A DNA stretch of 64,000 bases, taken from contig OX597818.1 of assembly GCA_951406725.2 (NCBI GenBank), positions 82,460,001-82,524,000 on the forward strand. The letters run 5' to 3'. The position numbers were made by a program, and so were the translations under genes. Below, piece after piece: positions 43,372 through 56,830 of the stretch; positions within the stretch are counted from its first letter, which is position 1, and every line of letters begins with the position of its first letter. The notes beneath the pieces are model-generated. The model was not told the origin of the DNA, ran no database searches, and saw only the letters and a list, made by a program, of their open reading frames with translations. This DNA comes from Octopus vulgaris. Its lineage: Eukaryota.

Positions 43372-43959
43372 ATATATATACATATATGCATACATGTAAA
43401 GGTAGATGTGGATGCATATATATATATATATACATACATACATACATACATGCTTATATACATATATATATATATATATATATGCATCCACATCTACCTT
43501 TATATATATGCATACATATATAAATGTATATATATCTACGCATACACGTGCATACATACATCATATATCGATATATGTGTAGATACTTGTCCACACATTT
43601 AGAGAAAAATTGAGATGTACAGACATGTATTGTGCACATACATACACACAGATATACACACCCTCACAACCACACGGATACACACGCATGTGCATAACAC
43701 ACATATACACGCGTATTCACACAACCACACAAACACACCCTCATGCTAGTATCAGCGAAGATATATGCATGTAGTAACATGAAATATACTCCCTTATTAT
43801 AGCTGTACATCCATATTTTTGCAGGAACTGCATGTAAAAACAATAAATTTACTTGTTGATAATTTTATTAGACATTAAAATCTCTTTGATGTTGTTTTTT
43901 CTGTCATTATATTGACTGGCGCTTCAATTCAATCATAGCCATCTAGAGCAGCAACAGCG

Positions 43960-44525
43960 CCGCTATTAACAACATCAACAGCGGCAACCACCACCACCAC
44001 CACTATCAACACCACCACCAACACAACTGTCAGGAACATCACCATTGCCATCGCCACCAACGCTTCCACCAGACATTATTACTATCACCATCGTTAAGAC
44101 AGCACCAGTAACAAAAGCCACCACTACCAGCGCCCTCACCAACACCACCACCACCACCACCACCACTAAATAATAATAACAGCAACTCTACTACTACATC
44201 ACCAACAGCAGCCATACAATTACAACTACCGTCAACGCCACCACCACTTATCGAATGCCATCATTAATACCACCACCACCACACCATTATCATCATCACT
44301 ACAACCACTGCTACCATCAATACCTCTACCACCACCACCAACACCATAGCAACAAATTCCATCATTACTACTACTACTACTACTACTACTACAATACCAC
44401 CACCACCACTCTCACCATCGCTACTACCACTTCCACTAACAACAGCAACTACGACAATAAAATTAAAATAACATTAACAACTATACAATCACCACCATCA
44501 CCACCACCACTTACCTCCCACCATG
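43960..44525. repeat. (CAC/CAA/CTA)n low-complexity tract
   Basis: Read directly from the sequence. Confidence 0.9.
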
Positions 44526-46024
44526 ACGACCACTCCTTTAACTACGAATATCCATTCGACCATAGACCCAAGTCTTGAAATTTGGTAGGGAGCGGGTTAG
44601 TCAATTGCATCGACTCCATTGCTCGACTGGTACATATTTTATCGTGTCAAAAGTATGAATGTCAAGGTCGACCGCGGCAGAATTTGAAATTGGAGCATAA
44701 AGACGGACGAAATGTTGCTTAACATTTTATCTGGTGTGCTAACGATTCTCTTAGAACACCACCTCAGTAACATCGGTTTCGAATTTTGGCACAAGGCCAG
44801 CAATTTCAGCGAAAAATGTTCTCCATGACAAAACACAGCGAATGTCTTGCTTACGAGTTCGAACGTATCACTGGCATATTCGAACTGGTAATAACTTTGC
44901 ATTTATATACATCGCTGCTTAGAGCTCCTACCCCGTTCCACAAATAGATGCAGCATTCCCAACACTGCCATGTACACTACCATTAACACTACCACCACTC
45001 AGTTTTATTTACAAAATTTCCTCAGAAACCATGGGTCGGCTCGGGGCCTTATCAGAAGATCTTTGTCCAAGAAACCACGCATTGACACTTAACCCGGAAC
45101 CACGCGGTTGAAAAGCGTGCGTCTCAACTACACAGCCGCATGTATAAAAAGAATGGAAAACTGTACGAAGCTTAAGTGGCTTTGATTTTACTTTTACACA
45201 GGCAAGATTGCATCGGTTCTAAACACCAAGAGTAGCATCATGTGCCTTATATTCTATTATCCCAGGGTCTTACTGAAATCAGAAACACGGTCGTAATTAC
45301 ATAAAATGCAAGCACTCTTATGTTTGGAGCAGTTATCCATAGAATTTCTTAATCTTGAACGAGTTCTTAACGTCTTTTGGAGGCCTAACCACCAAAGCAG
45401 TATATAGAATTGACATTTATTTTTTGAAACAACTACAACAGTTTTATTCTATTTTATTTAATGAATGTCTTGAGGGAGATATTCCACCAATATCTTTGTT
45501 TGAATATAAGTGACGTAACCAAAGAATGCGCTGGCATGAGTTTGATTCCTCTAAAGATCTAGGCACTCTAAAGTTCTTAGCTTTATGTAAAAGAAAATAC
45601 AGGAGGCTCATTTGTTTATGATTTTGCTCAACATATTCCTCTCTCAGATTCACACATTCAATGCAGCGGTCCTTGAGTTTTTCTAAGCTCTGTGAAAGGA
45701 CTCAGAAGGTTAGGCCACCAGGCAGGCCTTTCACGGTACCCTTAAAGCTAGGAACTTTTCAGCACCGCCTTGTAAGATTATACAGCAGACAGAAAACTGC
45801 CGTCCTATAAAAGCATCGCCCGCCTCTAGCTACGCTACAGATCTAGTTTTTCTTCATCTTATTCCAGTGTAAACTGTCAAGTGTTGGCTGAACGATACTT
45901 GGTTGCTATTTCTAGCAAGTAGAGTGACAGCATAGTGATTCCAACCTAAGTTGGTAATAGATGTAGCTGTCATAGTATGGATTTTAGTGTTGATAGCGCT
46001 TAAGGTACAAATAGGACGGTTCGT

Positions 46025-46220
46025 AAACATCGGTTTCAAAATGTAGCACAAGGCCAGTAAGTCGATTGCATCGAAGCCAGTACTCAATTGTTACTTATTT
46101 TATCGACCCCAAAAGATTAAAAGGCGAATTCGACCTAGGCAGAATTTGAACTTGGGACTTAAATGCGGGCGAAATGCCGCTAAGCATTTTGTCTGGTTTG
46201 GAGACTATTCTGCCAGCTTC
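46025..46220 (-). mobile_element. SINE family B
   Basis: Reverse complement has agctggcagaat head, aagttcaaattc B-box and ggggtcgataaaataagt core. Confidence 0.8.
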
Positions 46221-46316
46221 ATGGATTGGTAAATATTACGGTAATGACATTAGCTGCAAGGGTGTTTGTGATGGATCTCATGATATTATTATCATCATTA
46301 TAACATCATAGTATTA

Positions 46317-46680
46317 TTATCTCCGCCTTGGCAGAGGCGGTGGTATTGTTTTTTCAGTTGTGTTTGTTTGTCCGTGGACAAAATATCTCAAAAACCACTG
46401 GATGCATTCGGATGAAACCTTCAGAAATGTTTGGCCTCGTGACTAGCACGAACTTATTAGATTTTAGGATCAATCGGGGGCTGAGCAAGGATTCTGAATA
46501 ATTTTTCCTGTTTTCTTAATTAATTTTTGAGAGCGGTCGAGTTCATTTTTAATATTCTCGTTTGTGAGAGCAGTCGAGTTTATTTCAGATATTCTCCTTT
46601 TAAAAATCATCCCTGGCTAATCATTGAGAGGACGTTGATGTTGCCTTGGCGTAAGTTTGCACTCTCTGAGTGCTCTTGTT
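46317..46680 (+). mobile_element. Non-autonomous Helentron/HINE (DINE-1-like) element
   Basis: 5' ttatctccgcc with nearby IR ggcggtgg, (GTTT)n tract, core atatctcaaaaaccactggatgcattcggatgaaac, 3' subTIR cttggcgtaagt and stem-loop gcactc-tct-gagtgc, inserted in TT/ATT context. Confidence 0.75.
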
Positions 46681-46714
46681 ATTATTATAATATCATGATA
46701 TTATGAAATAATAT

Positions 46715-47230
46715 CGATCTGGCAGAATCGTTACACTCCCGGCAACATGCTTAGCGGCATTTAATCCATTATCACGTTTTGAGGTCAAATTCTACTTTGC
46801 TTTTCAGTGTCAATAAAATAAATATCAGTTGATCAACGTAATCGACTTTCCAACTCCGCCCAAATTTCAGGACTTGTGCCTATATTAGTAAAGATTGTTA
46901 AGGCGGCCAGCTGGCAGAATCGTTAGGACACATGAGGAAATGCTTAGTGGTATTTCGCTCGTTGCTACATTGTGAGTTCAAATTCCGCCAAGGTCGAATT
47001 TTCCTTTCATCCTTTCGGGGTCGATAAATTATTACCATTGAAACACTAGGGTCGATGTGGTCGACCAGGACCCTCTTACAAAATTTCATGCTTTGTGCCT
47101 ATAGTAGAGAGGATTATCAAAGCGGTGAACTGAGCGAAATGCTTAGAGGTATTTCGTCTGCTACTACGTTCTTGTTCAAATTCTACCAATGTCGACTTTG
47201 CCTTTTATCATTTCGGAGTTGATAAAACCT
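46715..47230 (+). mobile_element. Three head-to-tail SINE family B copies
   Basis: Repeated ctggcagaatcgtta...gcttagc/tgg...ttcaaattc...gtcga...ttgtgcctata(t/g)tag units. Confidence 0.8.
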
Positions 47231-47285
47231 ATTTCAGGGTTGATAAGGTCTATTTCGGGATTGATAAAACCTATTTCGGGGTTGA
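47210..47285 (+). repeat. 21-bp minisatellite (~4 units) derived from the SINE B core
   Basis: tatttc(g/a)g(g/a)gttgataa(a/g)(a/g)(c/t)c repeated. Confidence 0.8.
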
Positions 47286-47619
47286 ATGGACTTACTTTGA
47301 AGTAAGTGGCGGTGGATAGACGAAGGACACCTACTGGGATGTCCCTTGGTTGTACCTGGGTGTAACACCCATCCTTTGGAGGTATTTTATTGTGGAATTT
47401 TTGTCGGTAGTTGTTCATGTTCTACTTTTGTTATACAAAATTTTGTGCTAAACCTCACTTGTCAATTGTGTTGTATTGCACTTTTTTTGTTTTAATATCC
47501 GCCCCTCGGGCAAATAAAGAAAACATTATTATTATTATCATTATTATTATTATTATCATCATCATCATCATCATTATTATTATTGTTATTATTATTATTA
47601 TTATAAAGGTGGCAAGCTG

Positions 47620-50600
47620 CGTTCTGACAGACCTACAACATCACCAACTCCTCCAGCAAAACAAATCGTCAACATACCTTCCGCTGTCACAACCAGGTCC
47701 ACGAAGACTACGACAACTGCAACAACCCACGAGAAGAAAACTTTTCCAGCAGTAACAACCAACTATAAAAACACAGAACTTCATGAGGGTTAACAAAGTA
47801 TTCTCATATCACGAAGTACATCGAGAGAGATGTTGAGATCTTCGGCACTGTCAACATGTTAAACGTCAGAATCACCGACGATGGTGCGTATGCGTCGTTG
47901 CGTTCTGAATTAAAATTCCACTGAGGTCGACATTGCTTTTCATCCTTCCGGAGTCGATAAATTAAGTACCAGTAAAACACTGAGGTCGATGTAACTGACT
48001 CATCCCCTCCCCACAAATTTCAGGCCTTGTGCCTTTAGCAGAAATGATTATTATTATCATTTCTGTCTAGAGCTGCCGGTCGTGTATTTGGAGGTCTGTG
48101 AATTTTTCTTTAAATTTGTTGTTTTACGTCTTGTTTTTTCCAATTTCATTGAACTGTTGTGTTTGTAGCTGAGCTCGCCACAAGCATTTTTGAAATTCTT
48201 TTCCCTCCACTTCCAAATGCGGTTGAGGTGGAGAGGAAGAGTAGCAGTAACACCACCACCACCAACAACAACAACAACAACAACAAAAACAGCAACAATC
48301 CCGTTAGCACTGACGGCAGCATGAGGGAGGAAGCGGAGGAGACAACTAACACCGCCACCACCACTGCCATTACCAGGACCAACCAAACAACAAAAATAAG
48401 CAGGAAGATGAAGAGAAGGGAAGAGGAATTCCTTCAAGTGAAGCACCTGCATTTGTTGCCACCGCTGCCACTACCACATCAAAGAAGGGAGAAAGCGGAC
48501 TTGCAGAAATGTGCCGCAGGATGGAAGTGGTGAAATTGCCAGAAACTGTCTTGGCTAGTGCAAATATGCATCTAACAAGAACTGGAGGAGCAGTCCATCA
48601 GAACACGCCAAAGGAGGTGAAGGAAGAGAGACGGAAATAGACTATAATATAGACATGTATATCCTTAAAGACGGCCCTAAGATATGACGGTAAAAAACAA
48701 AATCCGTCACAGCAACAATTTGAAAACAAATCAACACCAACATCAACATCTTCACAAAACAAACCTATTTTACGAACACATTCACAACCACAAAAATAAA
48801 AGCACCCGAGAAACAATATGACCAGCAGTCACACTCTCGGGTACGTGCTTCCTTTGTCAGATTCACTGTTGTTCAGAAGAGCAACATTGAATTGATTGAG
48901 GAATTAATTAATAATAATAAAAAAAGAACACTATAAGTGGAGAAGGTTTTGCGGAACATCTAGAAAACTCAACCGCGCAGTAGGTTAATCCAAACAGACA
49001 CAGATGCGTATCTTGATTTGAAAGAGAAAGTCCCTCAGGACATTGAAGGGTTTAGCAAGTACCAAATAACGAACTTCGTAGAAAATCCCTTCCACGCTAC
49101 TTACTCCATCAAAAAGAATTCTGTCAACAGTCATCCATAGAGACCAAAGAACGTAACTCCATTTTCCCGATTTAGAGTTGGTCGTGTAAATGTTCGGGGC
49201 CTGGGTTTAGCTTGGAAGCAGGGTCACCTGCGCATCGATCTCATGTCCCTCAATTTAGATGTAACAGGAATTAGTGAGACGAGAATTGCTGGGAAAAATT
49301 CACTTTTAAACCATTTTTGAAGTAAGGGTAATCTTAGACACAGATGGTAGGTTGGTGGTCTTAGATGTGAATGGCAGTGGAGGTAATACCTTTAGGTTGG
49401 TGGCTGAGTATGCTCCGCAGGGACTGGGAGGCCAGATTTCTTCTGGCGCCTAGAAATATTCCTGGGAACGTCTCGCACTTCAGTACTAGTGGTGGACTGA
49501 AATAGTATTTTGGATGCACGGAAGGACTGTGTGGGTTTAGCAAATAGGAGTAGGGAATGTAAAAGCCTCGAAAACCTGCTCAGAAACTTCCTGCTTTCTG
49601 ACAGATATCGACTGGAATTCCACCACACTTAGATATCGACTGGAATTCCCTGATGTGTCAGTGTGGAGCAATCAAAATAGGTTATCCAGATCGTATCCTG
49701 ATGGAGTATTTGTTAGGTCAGTGGATAAGGATAGTATAGGGTGTCCACAGTTCAAATTGGTCGGCTACACAACCACAAATTTGTGATCTGCACAGTCGAT
49801 TTAGATAGAATACCTAGATAGGCACCCGGTTACTGGAATTTGAACGCGTCCTTTTCGGCGCACAAAGACTACAGGGACCGGATTAGCGAACTAGTTAAGC
49901 GGCAGTTGACGGGTTGACGGGGGAAATCGTTAATCGCAACTATTTGCTGGGGGCGATAGGTCAACGACGGTAGCGGACTTTAGTTCATCCCTAGATGATC
50001 TGCCACGGCTCTCGGCAGTGGACGTGAGGTTCTGCGAAAAGCCGATAACGGCCACTGAAATACGAGAAGTGATGAGCGATTGCACAAGTCAAATCGCCAG
50101 GTTTAGATGATCTGCTCTTTGAATTCTATGTATTCATGCCAGATTTTTTTGAGGACCACTTGGCAGACGGGCGAGTTCTCACTGCTGTTAGTCGGGGTGT
50201 GGTGATACTGCCGAAGAAGGATGCAGACAGTGGAGATATACTAGGGAATATTCGGCCCATAATTCTTCAAAACATAGAGTATGCAGTGTCTGCATACGTG
50301 GACAACGTCACCGTCATGGTGTGGACGCCTCTAAAATGGAGAAAGTTGACTCCATTCTAGAAGAACATGAGTCTGTGTCAGTGGCTAAAATCAATGCCGA
50401 GAAATCAGCGAGCTTGCGACTGGTGGCCTGAAGAGGCAGGTCGTTGTCGTCGGACGCTGGACTGACGGACCAGTTAAACTGCTCGAGACCTGATTTGGTC
50501 CCAACCTCCAGGTGGTTAAGAACTGGGATGAGGTGACGAACAGGGTGGTTGAGTCTTACCCAGAAATGGGCTATTAGGGGGCCGTCTTTGAAAGGTCGGG

Positions 50601-50735
50601 CAATGATGGCGAATGCCTACCTCACCTCCGTTATCATTTATCGTCTAACCGCCGTACCTTGCCCAAAGTGATTGCTTGATGAAGTCGGAGCGTCATTTCT
50701 TCATGTCCTAGTGGAAGGGACGCGTTCTAATGCAC
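47620..50735 (+). mobile_element. Decayed L1/Tx1-clade LINE (ORF1 remnant, APE endonuclease, RT) with SINE insert at ~47890-48050
   Basis: From ~49170: FRVGRVNVRGL...GISETR, EYAP, APGYWNLN, KSPGLDD...EFY, NIRPIILQN, SAYVDNVTV, AKINAEKS, SLKGRA. Many stops and deletions. The ORF1 boundary is approximate. Confidence 0.8.
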
Positions 50736-50763
50736 CATAAGGTGGTCAATCTTATTTATTATT

Positions 50764-51284
50764 GAGCGAGCGAGCAGTGAAAACCATCAAAGTGACACTG
50801 GGGTAAAATATACGAAGCCCAGTATACCCATCAGGACTACCCATCTGATAAGGGTACACTAGGCACATGCATCACAACCATGTGCGCGACATGGTGATAT
50901 CATATCAAGATAGACAGCACATGACCTTGCAGGTGGGGCCCAGTTAGAATTTTCTTCTGGTAGAGTAACCCTTTTCGCTCAAAAGGTCCCTGAATAAGGA
51001 TTGTTTAAGGATCTTGAACGAAACACCCATGTTTCCAGAGGTGAATTATTAAAACTCGAAAGAATCCCTCTCAACACATGGCTATGATACTCCCCCACTA
51101 CTGCTGCTCGTGATCAGAGATGCACATATCGTCAGCCGCTAAGGGGCATGCTCAAATGGATAAGGTCAAATAACTGACAAGCATATCTGTGGTATTGAGC
51201 AGAATATTTGCTGTAGCCCATCATTTATGCCAAGACAAAACAATGTACATGATAACACTTTCAATCAGTTAAGATCAGAAGCCA

Positions 51285-51285
<1 letters not shown>
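50764..51285 (-). mobile_element. ~520-bp non-coding element inserted in an (ATT/TAA)n array
   Basis: High-complexity block with sharp ends, flanked by ttatttattatt and a long (ATT)n. No ORF. Confidence 0.55.
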
Positions 51286-51347
<62 letters not shown>

Positions 51348-51356
51348 CATTATTAT

Positions 51357-51421
<65 letters not shown>

Positions 51422-51430
51422 TTACTATCA

Positions 51431-51480
<50 letters not shown>

Positions 51481-51743
51481 GTTAATCATTCGTAATCGAC
51501 TTTACTTTTCATGCTTTCGGCGTCGGTAAAATATGTACCAGTTGAGTACTGTGTTCACCCTCCCCTCAAAATTTCTGGCTCTGTGACAAAATTTGGAGAA
51601 AAATATATCATGATCATTATAATCGCTATCATAAAATGTTGTTGTTTTTATTAATATTATTGTTATTAGTTATAGTAGTAGTAGAAGTAGCATAGGAGCA
51701 GCAGCAGTAGTAGCACTTGCAGTAGTAGTAGTTGTAGTAGTAA

Positions 51744-51783
<40 letters not shown>

Positions 51784-52593
51784 GGTGGTGGTGGAGTTAA
51801 AAGCTGTGTATAGCAACAGATTTATCGGTGGATGGCGACTGACTGGTTATTGAAGTTTGGTTGGTAGTGGATGTCTTGGTGGCGGTTTTAGGGTAGGTGT
51901 GGGTTTTGGGTAGGTACCATGATACTTGCGTACGATATGATATGTGCGTGGTATGATTTAGTTGAAGGGTGGAGATTGTGATGCCAATGGGGTGGATGTG
52001 GAGATATTTTTATTAAAATTTTCAAAACCTCTACCCTATGAAAACATCTATCAAAGAAAATGAAATATACCAAAAATAAAAAAAAGGAAAAAAAGAATTA
52101 CATTTTGACAACTGACAGATTTAATGTACACTATATCTCCTTCGACACCATCATTGCGGCTACCACTAATGTACATCTGCCTATACTATTATCAACACAA
52201 CCGCCACTACTGCCTCGTCATATGTCGTCACCCTAACTATCATACCTATGGTCATTATCATCAACACTACACCATCACCACAACAATCACCATCGCTGCT
52301 ACTTTAGCACTATCACCACCACACCACATCACACCACACTACACCCGATACTGTAACTATCACCACAACCATAAACAACACTACCAATATTAAATATTGC
52401 CAACTCTGGCATCGATTCAAAGCCAACGCTACCACCACCACCAAAACACCACCACCACCAAAACACCACCACCACCACCACCATCACCACTACCACTACC
52501 ATCACCACCACCACCACCACCACTACCACCACCACCACCACAACCACCGGCTCCGCCGCCGCCGCTGCCGCAGATACTACTACTACTACTACC

Positions 52594-52643
<50 letters not shown>

Positions 52644-52768
52644 CACCACCATCATGATCTTATACCCATTAACGCTAATTTTGCACACACATATACACAC
52701 AAACACAAGCATTCACACACAAACACATTTATGTACATATATTTGTGTGTGTGTTGTGTGTGTATTGC

Positions 52769-52832
<64 letters not shown>

Positions 52833-52835
<3 letters not shown>

Positions 52836-52985
52836 CCAAACATGAACAAGCAAGAAAAAACAAGAACGCTTGGACGTGGAATAAGTACAGTGTTATTGGA
52901 CTCTCGGGAAAGGGAAGAAAAGAAAGAGGATTTCACATTTCGAGCGGAGCTCTTCATCAGAGATAAAGAAAAAGTCTAAAGAATC
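52833..52985 (-). mobile_element. Short PLE-type element with canonical-core hammerhead motif
   Basis: Reverse complement of 52930-52964 reads ATCT-CTGATGA-A-GAGC-TCC-GCTC-GAAA-TGTG-AAAT. Confidence 0.7.
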
Positions 52986-53719
52986 TGCAATCAGAAAACC
53001 ATTACTTTCAAAACAAACGCTGCAAAGCGTTTGCAGTGGAGTAGAAACCTACAGAATTGGTCCTTATAGCAATGGAAGTATGTTGTTTTCTCGCACGAGT
53101 CATACTTTACCATATTTCTGACCCCCGGCCGAGTATACGTGTAGAGACAGCCAAAAGAAGCATTTGACCCAGACTGCATTCTTCCAGCTGTTAAACATAG
53201 AAGAGGATCTGTGATTATCTGGTGGGGATATATCTTTGAAATCCACTGGTCCAATGGTTTCCCTTCATGGCAGAATTAATAGTCAAGCCTATTTAAGCAT
53301 CTTATCTGATCAAATTCATCCTATTGTTGCGGAAATGTTTCTGGAGGGAAACGCAATCATTCAAGATGGTAATGTGGCAATTCCCACAGCTAAAGTTGTT
53401 ACTGAATGGCACAAGAAACATTCCAGTGAAGTTAAACATCTTACCTGGCTACCACAGATCTCAATTTTATTGAACATTTATGGTGCATTTTAGAAAAACA
53501 GGTAAGGAATCGATATCCTCCACCATCATCACTACAAGAACTGGAGACTGTTTTAGCAGAAGAATGAAAACAAATTCCCTTGGACACAATTCAAACTATG
53601 TACGTGACCATATGTCGTAGAATTCAATCTGTAATTATTGCTAAAGGCTGTCCTACCCCATATTACAATCAACTTGTTTGAAATTTTAAGGTGTTTCGAT
53701 TATTTTGTCCAACCCTTGA
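52986..53719 (+). mobile_element. Tc1-type transposon 3' part, degenerate
   Basis: WKYVVFSHES, VKHRRGSVIIW, IIQDGN, WLPQ..DLNFIEHLW, AKGCPTPY; right TIR ttattttgtccaaccc. Confidence 0.88.
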
Positions 53720-53796
53720 ATATATATATGTGTGTGTGTGTGTGTGCATGTCTGAGTAAGTGTGTGTGTATGTACGTACGTATGTATATACATATG

Positions 53797-53840
<44 letters not shown>

Positions 53841-53939
53841 TCAGGCTTCTTTCAGTTTCCGTCTACTAAATCCACTCACAACGCTTTTGTCGGACCGAGT
53901 CGGTAGTAGAAGATATTTGCCCAAGGTGCTGGAACTGAA

Positions 53940-55085
53940 CCCGGTGAGAGGATATCAACGAAGGAGTAAGTGGCGAGCCATGGGTTGCGACTGAGTCTTA
54001 AAATCATGTTTGTAACTGCAGAGCCTGTGCAGGCAGCAGAATTGGGAATAGGGCATGGAGAGCTTGGTATGGGTAGTGTGGGAGGAGAAGAAGTTGGGGT
54101 ATGAGTGTGAGTCATTGTGATTGTAGTGGATGGCAGTAGTGAGAGCGGTGTTGTGGATGTTTACCAAAATGTCGAGAAAGACAACGGAAGTGTTGGAAAT
54201 AGAACAGGAGAATTCGAGGGCAGGATGGATGGATTGGGCAAAGGAGAGGAAGGAGTCTAGTTGTTCGTGGGAGAGTGAGGTCGCACCAATACAGTCATCA
54301 ATATAACGACCATATATTTCAGGAGTGAGACCAGTGAGTCTTGAAAATATTTAGGCCTCAACGTAGCCAACGAGCAGTTTCGTATTGGCGAGGGCCCATT
54401 CTCATTCCTATGGCAACTCCCAAAATATGTTGGTAAAATACCCCACGAACGAAAACAATGTGAGGGAGAGAACAAGTTCAGCCAGACGAAGAAGTGTGGA
54501 GTTTTCAGGGTGCGGGTTGGGTCGAAGGTCTAGGAAGTGTTTGAAGACAAAAAGTCCATCTTTGTGTGTCATCACCATATATAGACTCTTGCTATCGAGA
54601 GTGAAGAGAAGTTTAGATGGGCCATTCGGGAAGAAGAAAGAGTTGAAAAGACGGAGAGCATATTTTGTGTCATGGATTTGAGAGGGAAGCCACTAGGGGG
54701 CAAAATCACTGTCGAGGTATTTCGAGATCAATTCCGTGGGGCAGATACAGGCGGAAACGATGGGGCAGCCAGGGTTGTTGGGCTTGTGGATTTTGAGACG
54801 GAAGCATGCGTGGCGGTGCGTGGAGTGCAAAGGATGAGGTTGGAGGCGGTGGGAGGGAGACGGGAGGAGAAGATGAGGTCATAGATAGTGGAGGACACAG
54901 TCTGTTGGTAGCTAGGCGTGGGGGTTTGAGGGCAGAGGGTAATTGAAGTTGGTGGTGAGCTTCAGCCTTGTCGAGGTCTACGCGCCACACCACCACGGGT
55001 CTACTCTTGTCAGCCGGCTTTCTGATGATGTCTTTGCGGCGTCAGAAACATTAGTGCCGTGAGTTCGGACGGGGAGATGTTGAGA
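53940..55085 (-). mobile_element. Penelope-like element reverse transcriptase fragment
   Basis: Minus strand LDSKSLY..THKDGL...LLRLAELVL...GVAIGMRMGP...YGRYIDDCIG, PLE RT motifs, degenerate. Confidence 0.85.
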
Positions 55086-55093
55086 TGTTGATG

Positions 55094-55167
<74 letters not shown>

Positions 55168-55241
55168 TGTATGTATACATCTATATATGTATGTATGTAT
55201 GTATGTATTTATGTATGTATGTATGTATGTATGTATGTATG

Positions 55242-55288
<47 letters not shown>

Positions 55289-55329
55289 ATGTGTGTGTGT
55301 GTGTTGTTTCTTCACAGATAAACAGACGT

Positions 55330-56051
55330 CGGACTGTTCAAAGAAGGCATCAAAACTAACTATGAGCATTTCACTTGAAAATCAACCAAATTTGGCATCG
55401 TGGCGCTGTGAAGTACCTGCAGAGAAATGTCTTAACCCCCATTGACGTATATACTGACATGGCTGTTACATTAGGGAATCACACTTCAGCTTTATCAAAT
55501 GCAAAAGTGAGAAAAAAACCTCGATCACCACATGGTGATAGATGACAGGTGATTGACTATAAATCGAATAGCCAATGCTATTAGTGTATCCGGTGAGAGA
55601 GCTGATAATATTCTGCACACGAATTTGGCATGATGAAGGTTTCATCTCGATGGGTGCTACGACTTCTGATACCTGATCAAAAACGCACCAGGATGATCAC
55701 ATCAAAGGGAAATCTGATATTGTTTGAGGCAGACCCAGCTGGTTTCCTTGAAAGTTTCCCAAGACAGGATGTGTGTTGGTTTCATTATTTTGAGTCAGAG
55801 ATAAAGAGAGAATCCATACGGTAGAAACAACCGCACCTGCATCTGCTCCAACAAGGCAGAGAAAGTTTATCTACAGGGAAGTTTATAGTTTCAATTTTAG
55901 ATGATGCAAAATGCATTGTGTTTATTGACCACATCTTCACCTTACTACGCCAACATCCAGTACGACCAAAATTACCATCGCTAAAAACAACAACACCACT
56001 ACCGCCGCCATGACAAACACCATCAGTAGAACTATAATTAAAAAATACAAA

Positions 56052-56096
<45 letters not shown>

Positions 56097-56554
56097 CACC
56101 ACCACCACCATCATGACCAACACTGTGATCTTATACCCATTAACGCTAATTTTACACACATATACTCACAAACACGGCAGTAAACAGCCGAACGCCCCAC
56201 TGCACAACTCCTTGGTTTCAATAGGTGCTGGGCGTGACTGTAGTTCTTAACAGGTTGATAAACCCAACTGTTATCTTTATTTTGCCCCATCTGATTATCA
56301 TCTGCTCCTCAACATAACAAAAACATGTAATGGGTGAGAAGTATCACAGTGATGATGAGAACATATCTGCTGTTGAAGACATTTGTGACCAACAAAATTA
56401 AAGTTCCATCACAAATGGGTTCCAAGCACAGCAACACCGATGAAGGAAGTGTGTTGAGAATAAGTGGGACAATGTTGAAAAATATATATATGTTACTTTC
56501 GTCATGTTCTATGAGATTATGGTGGTCAGCCTATGAACTTTCCAGACGACCCTA
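55330..56554 (+). mobile_element. Old mariner relic interrupted by a low-complexity insert (~55935-56175)
   Basis: MMKVSSRWVLRLL...QDVCWFHYFESE, APSDYHL remnant at ~56280, TIR-like end gaactttccagacgaccct. Confidence 0.75.
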
Positions 56555-56584
56555 GAATAAATGTGCATGTATGTCTGTGTGTGC

Positions 56585-56621
<37 letters not shown>

Positions 56622-56627
<6 letters not shown>

Positions 56628-56830
56628 ATCCAAACGGGAAAACAGAAAAAACAACAACACGTGGAACAATTACAGTATTATTATTAATAGGCGCTCAGGA
56701 AAGATGGAAGCAGGAAGGTATGACGTTTCGAGCGGAGCTCTTCGTCGGAAACATAAAGAAGGAAGAGAGAGGAAAGAAAGATCCCAAAGTAGGCAACAAG
56801 AGGGAGAAAAAAAAACCACTGGTGTTTACG
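56622..56830 (-). mobile_element. PLE-type pseudo-LTR with minimal hammerhead motif
   Basis: Reverse complement of 56718-56752 reads GTTT-CCGACGA-A-GAGC-TCC-GCTC-GAAAC-GTC-ATAC. Adjacent to (TA)n. Confidence 0.72.

Noticed and set aside
44854-44913. Possible 60-nt minus-strand exon (cag|...|gtaagc)
   Set aside because: Weak polypyrimidine tract; joining it to the 36312 exon leads to an early stop. It may be UTR but is unsupported.
47210-47285. CRISPR-like short repeats (also the 59.1-59.7 kb array)
   Set aside because: No unique spacers, SINE-derived, eukaryotic context and no cas genes.
52397-52657. Proline-rich extensin/formin-like ORF
   Set aside because: (CCA)n/(CTA)n repeat.
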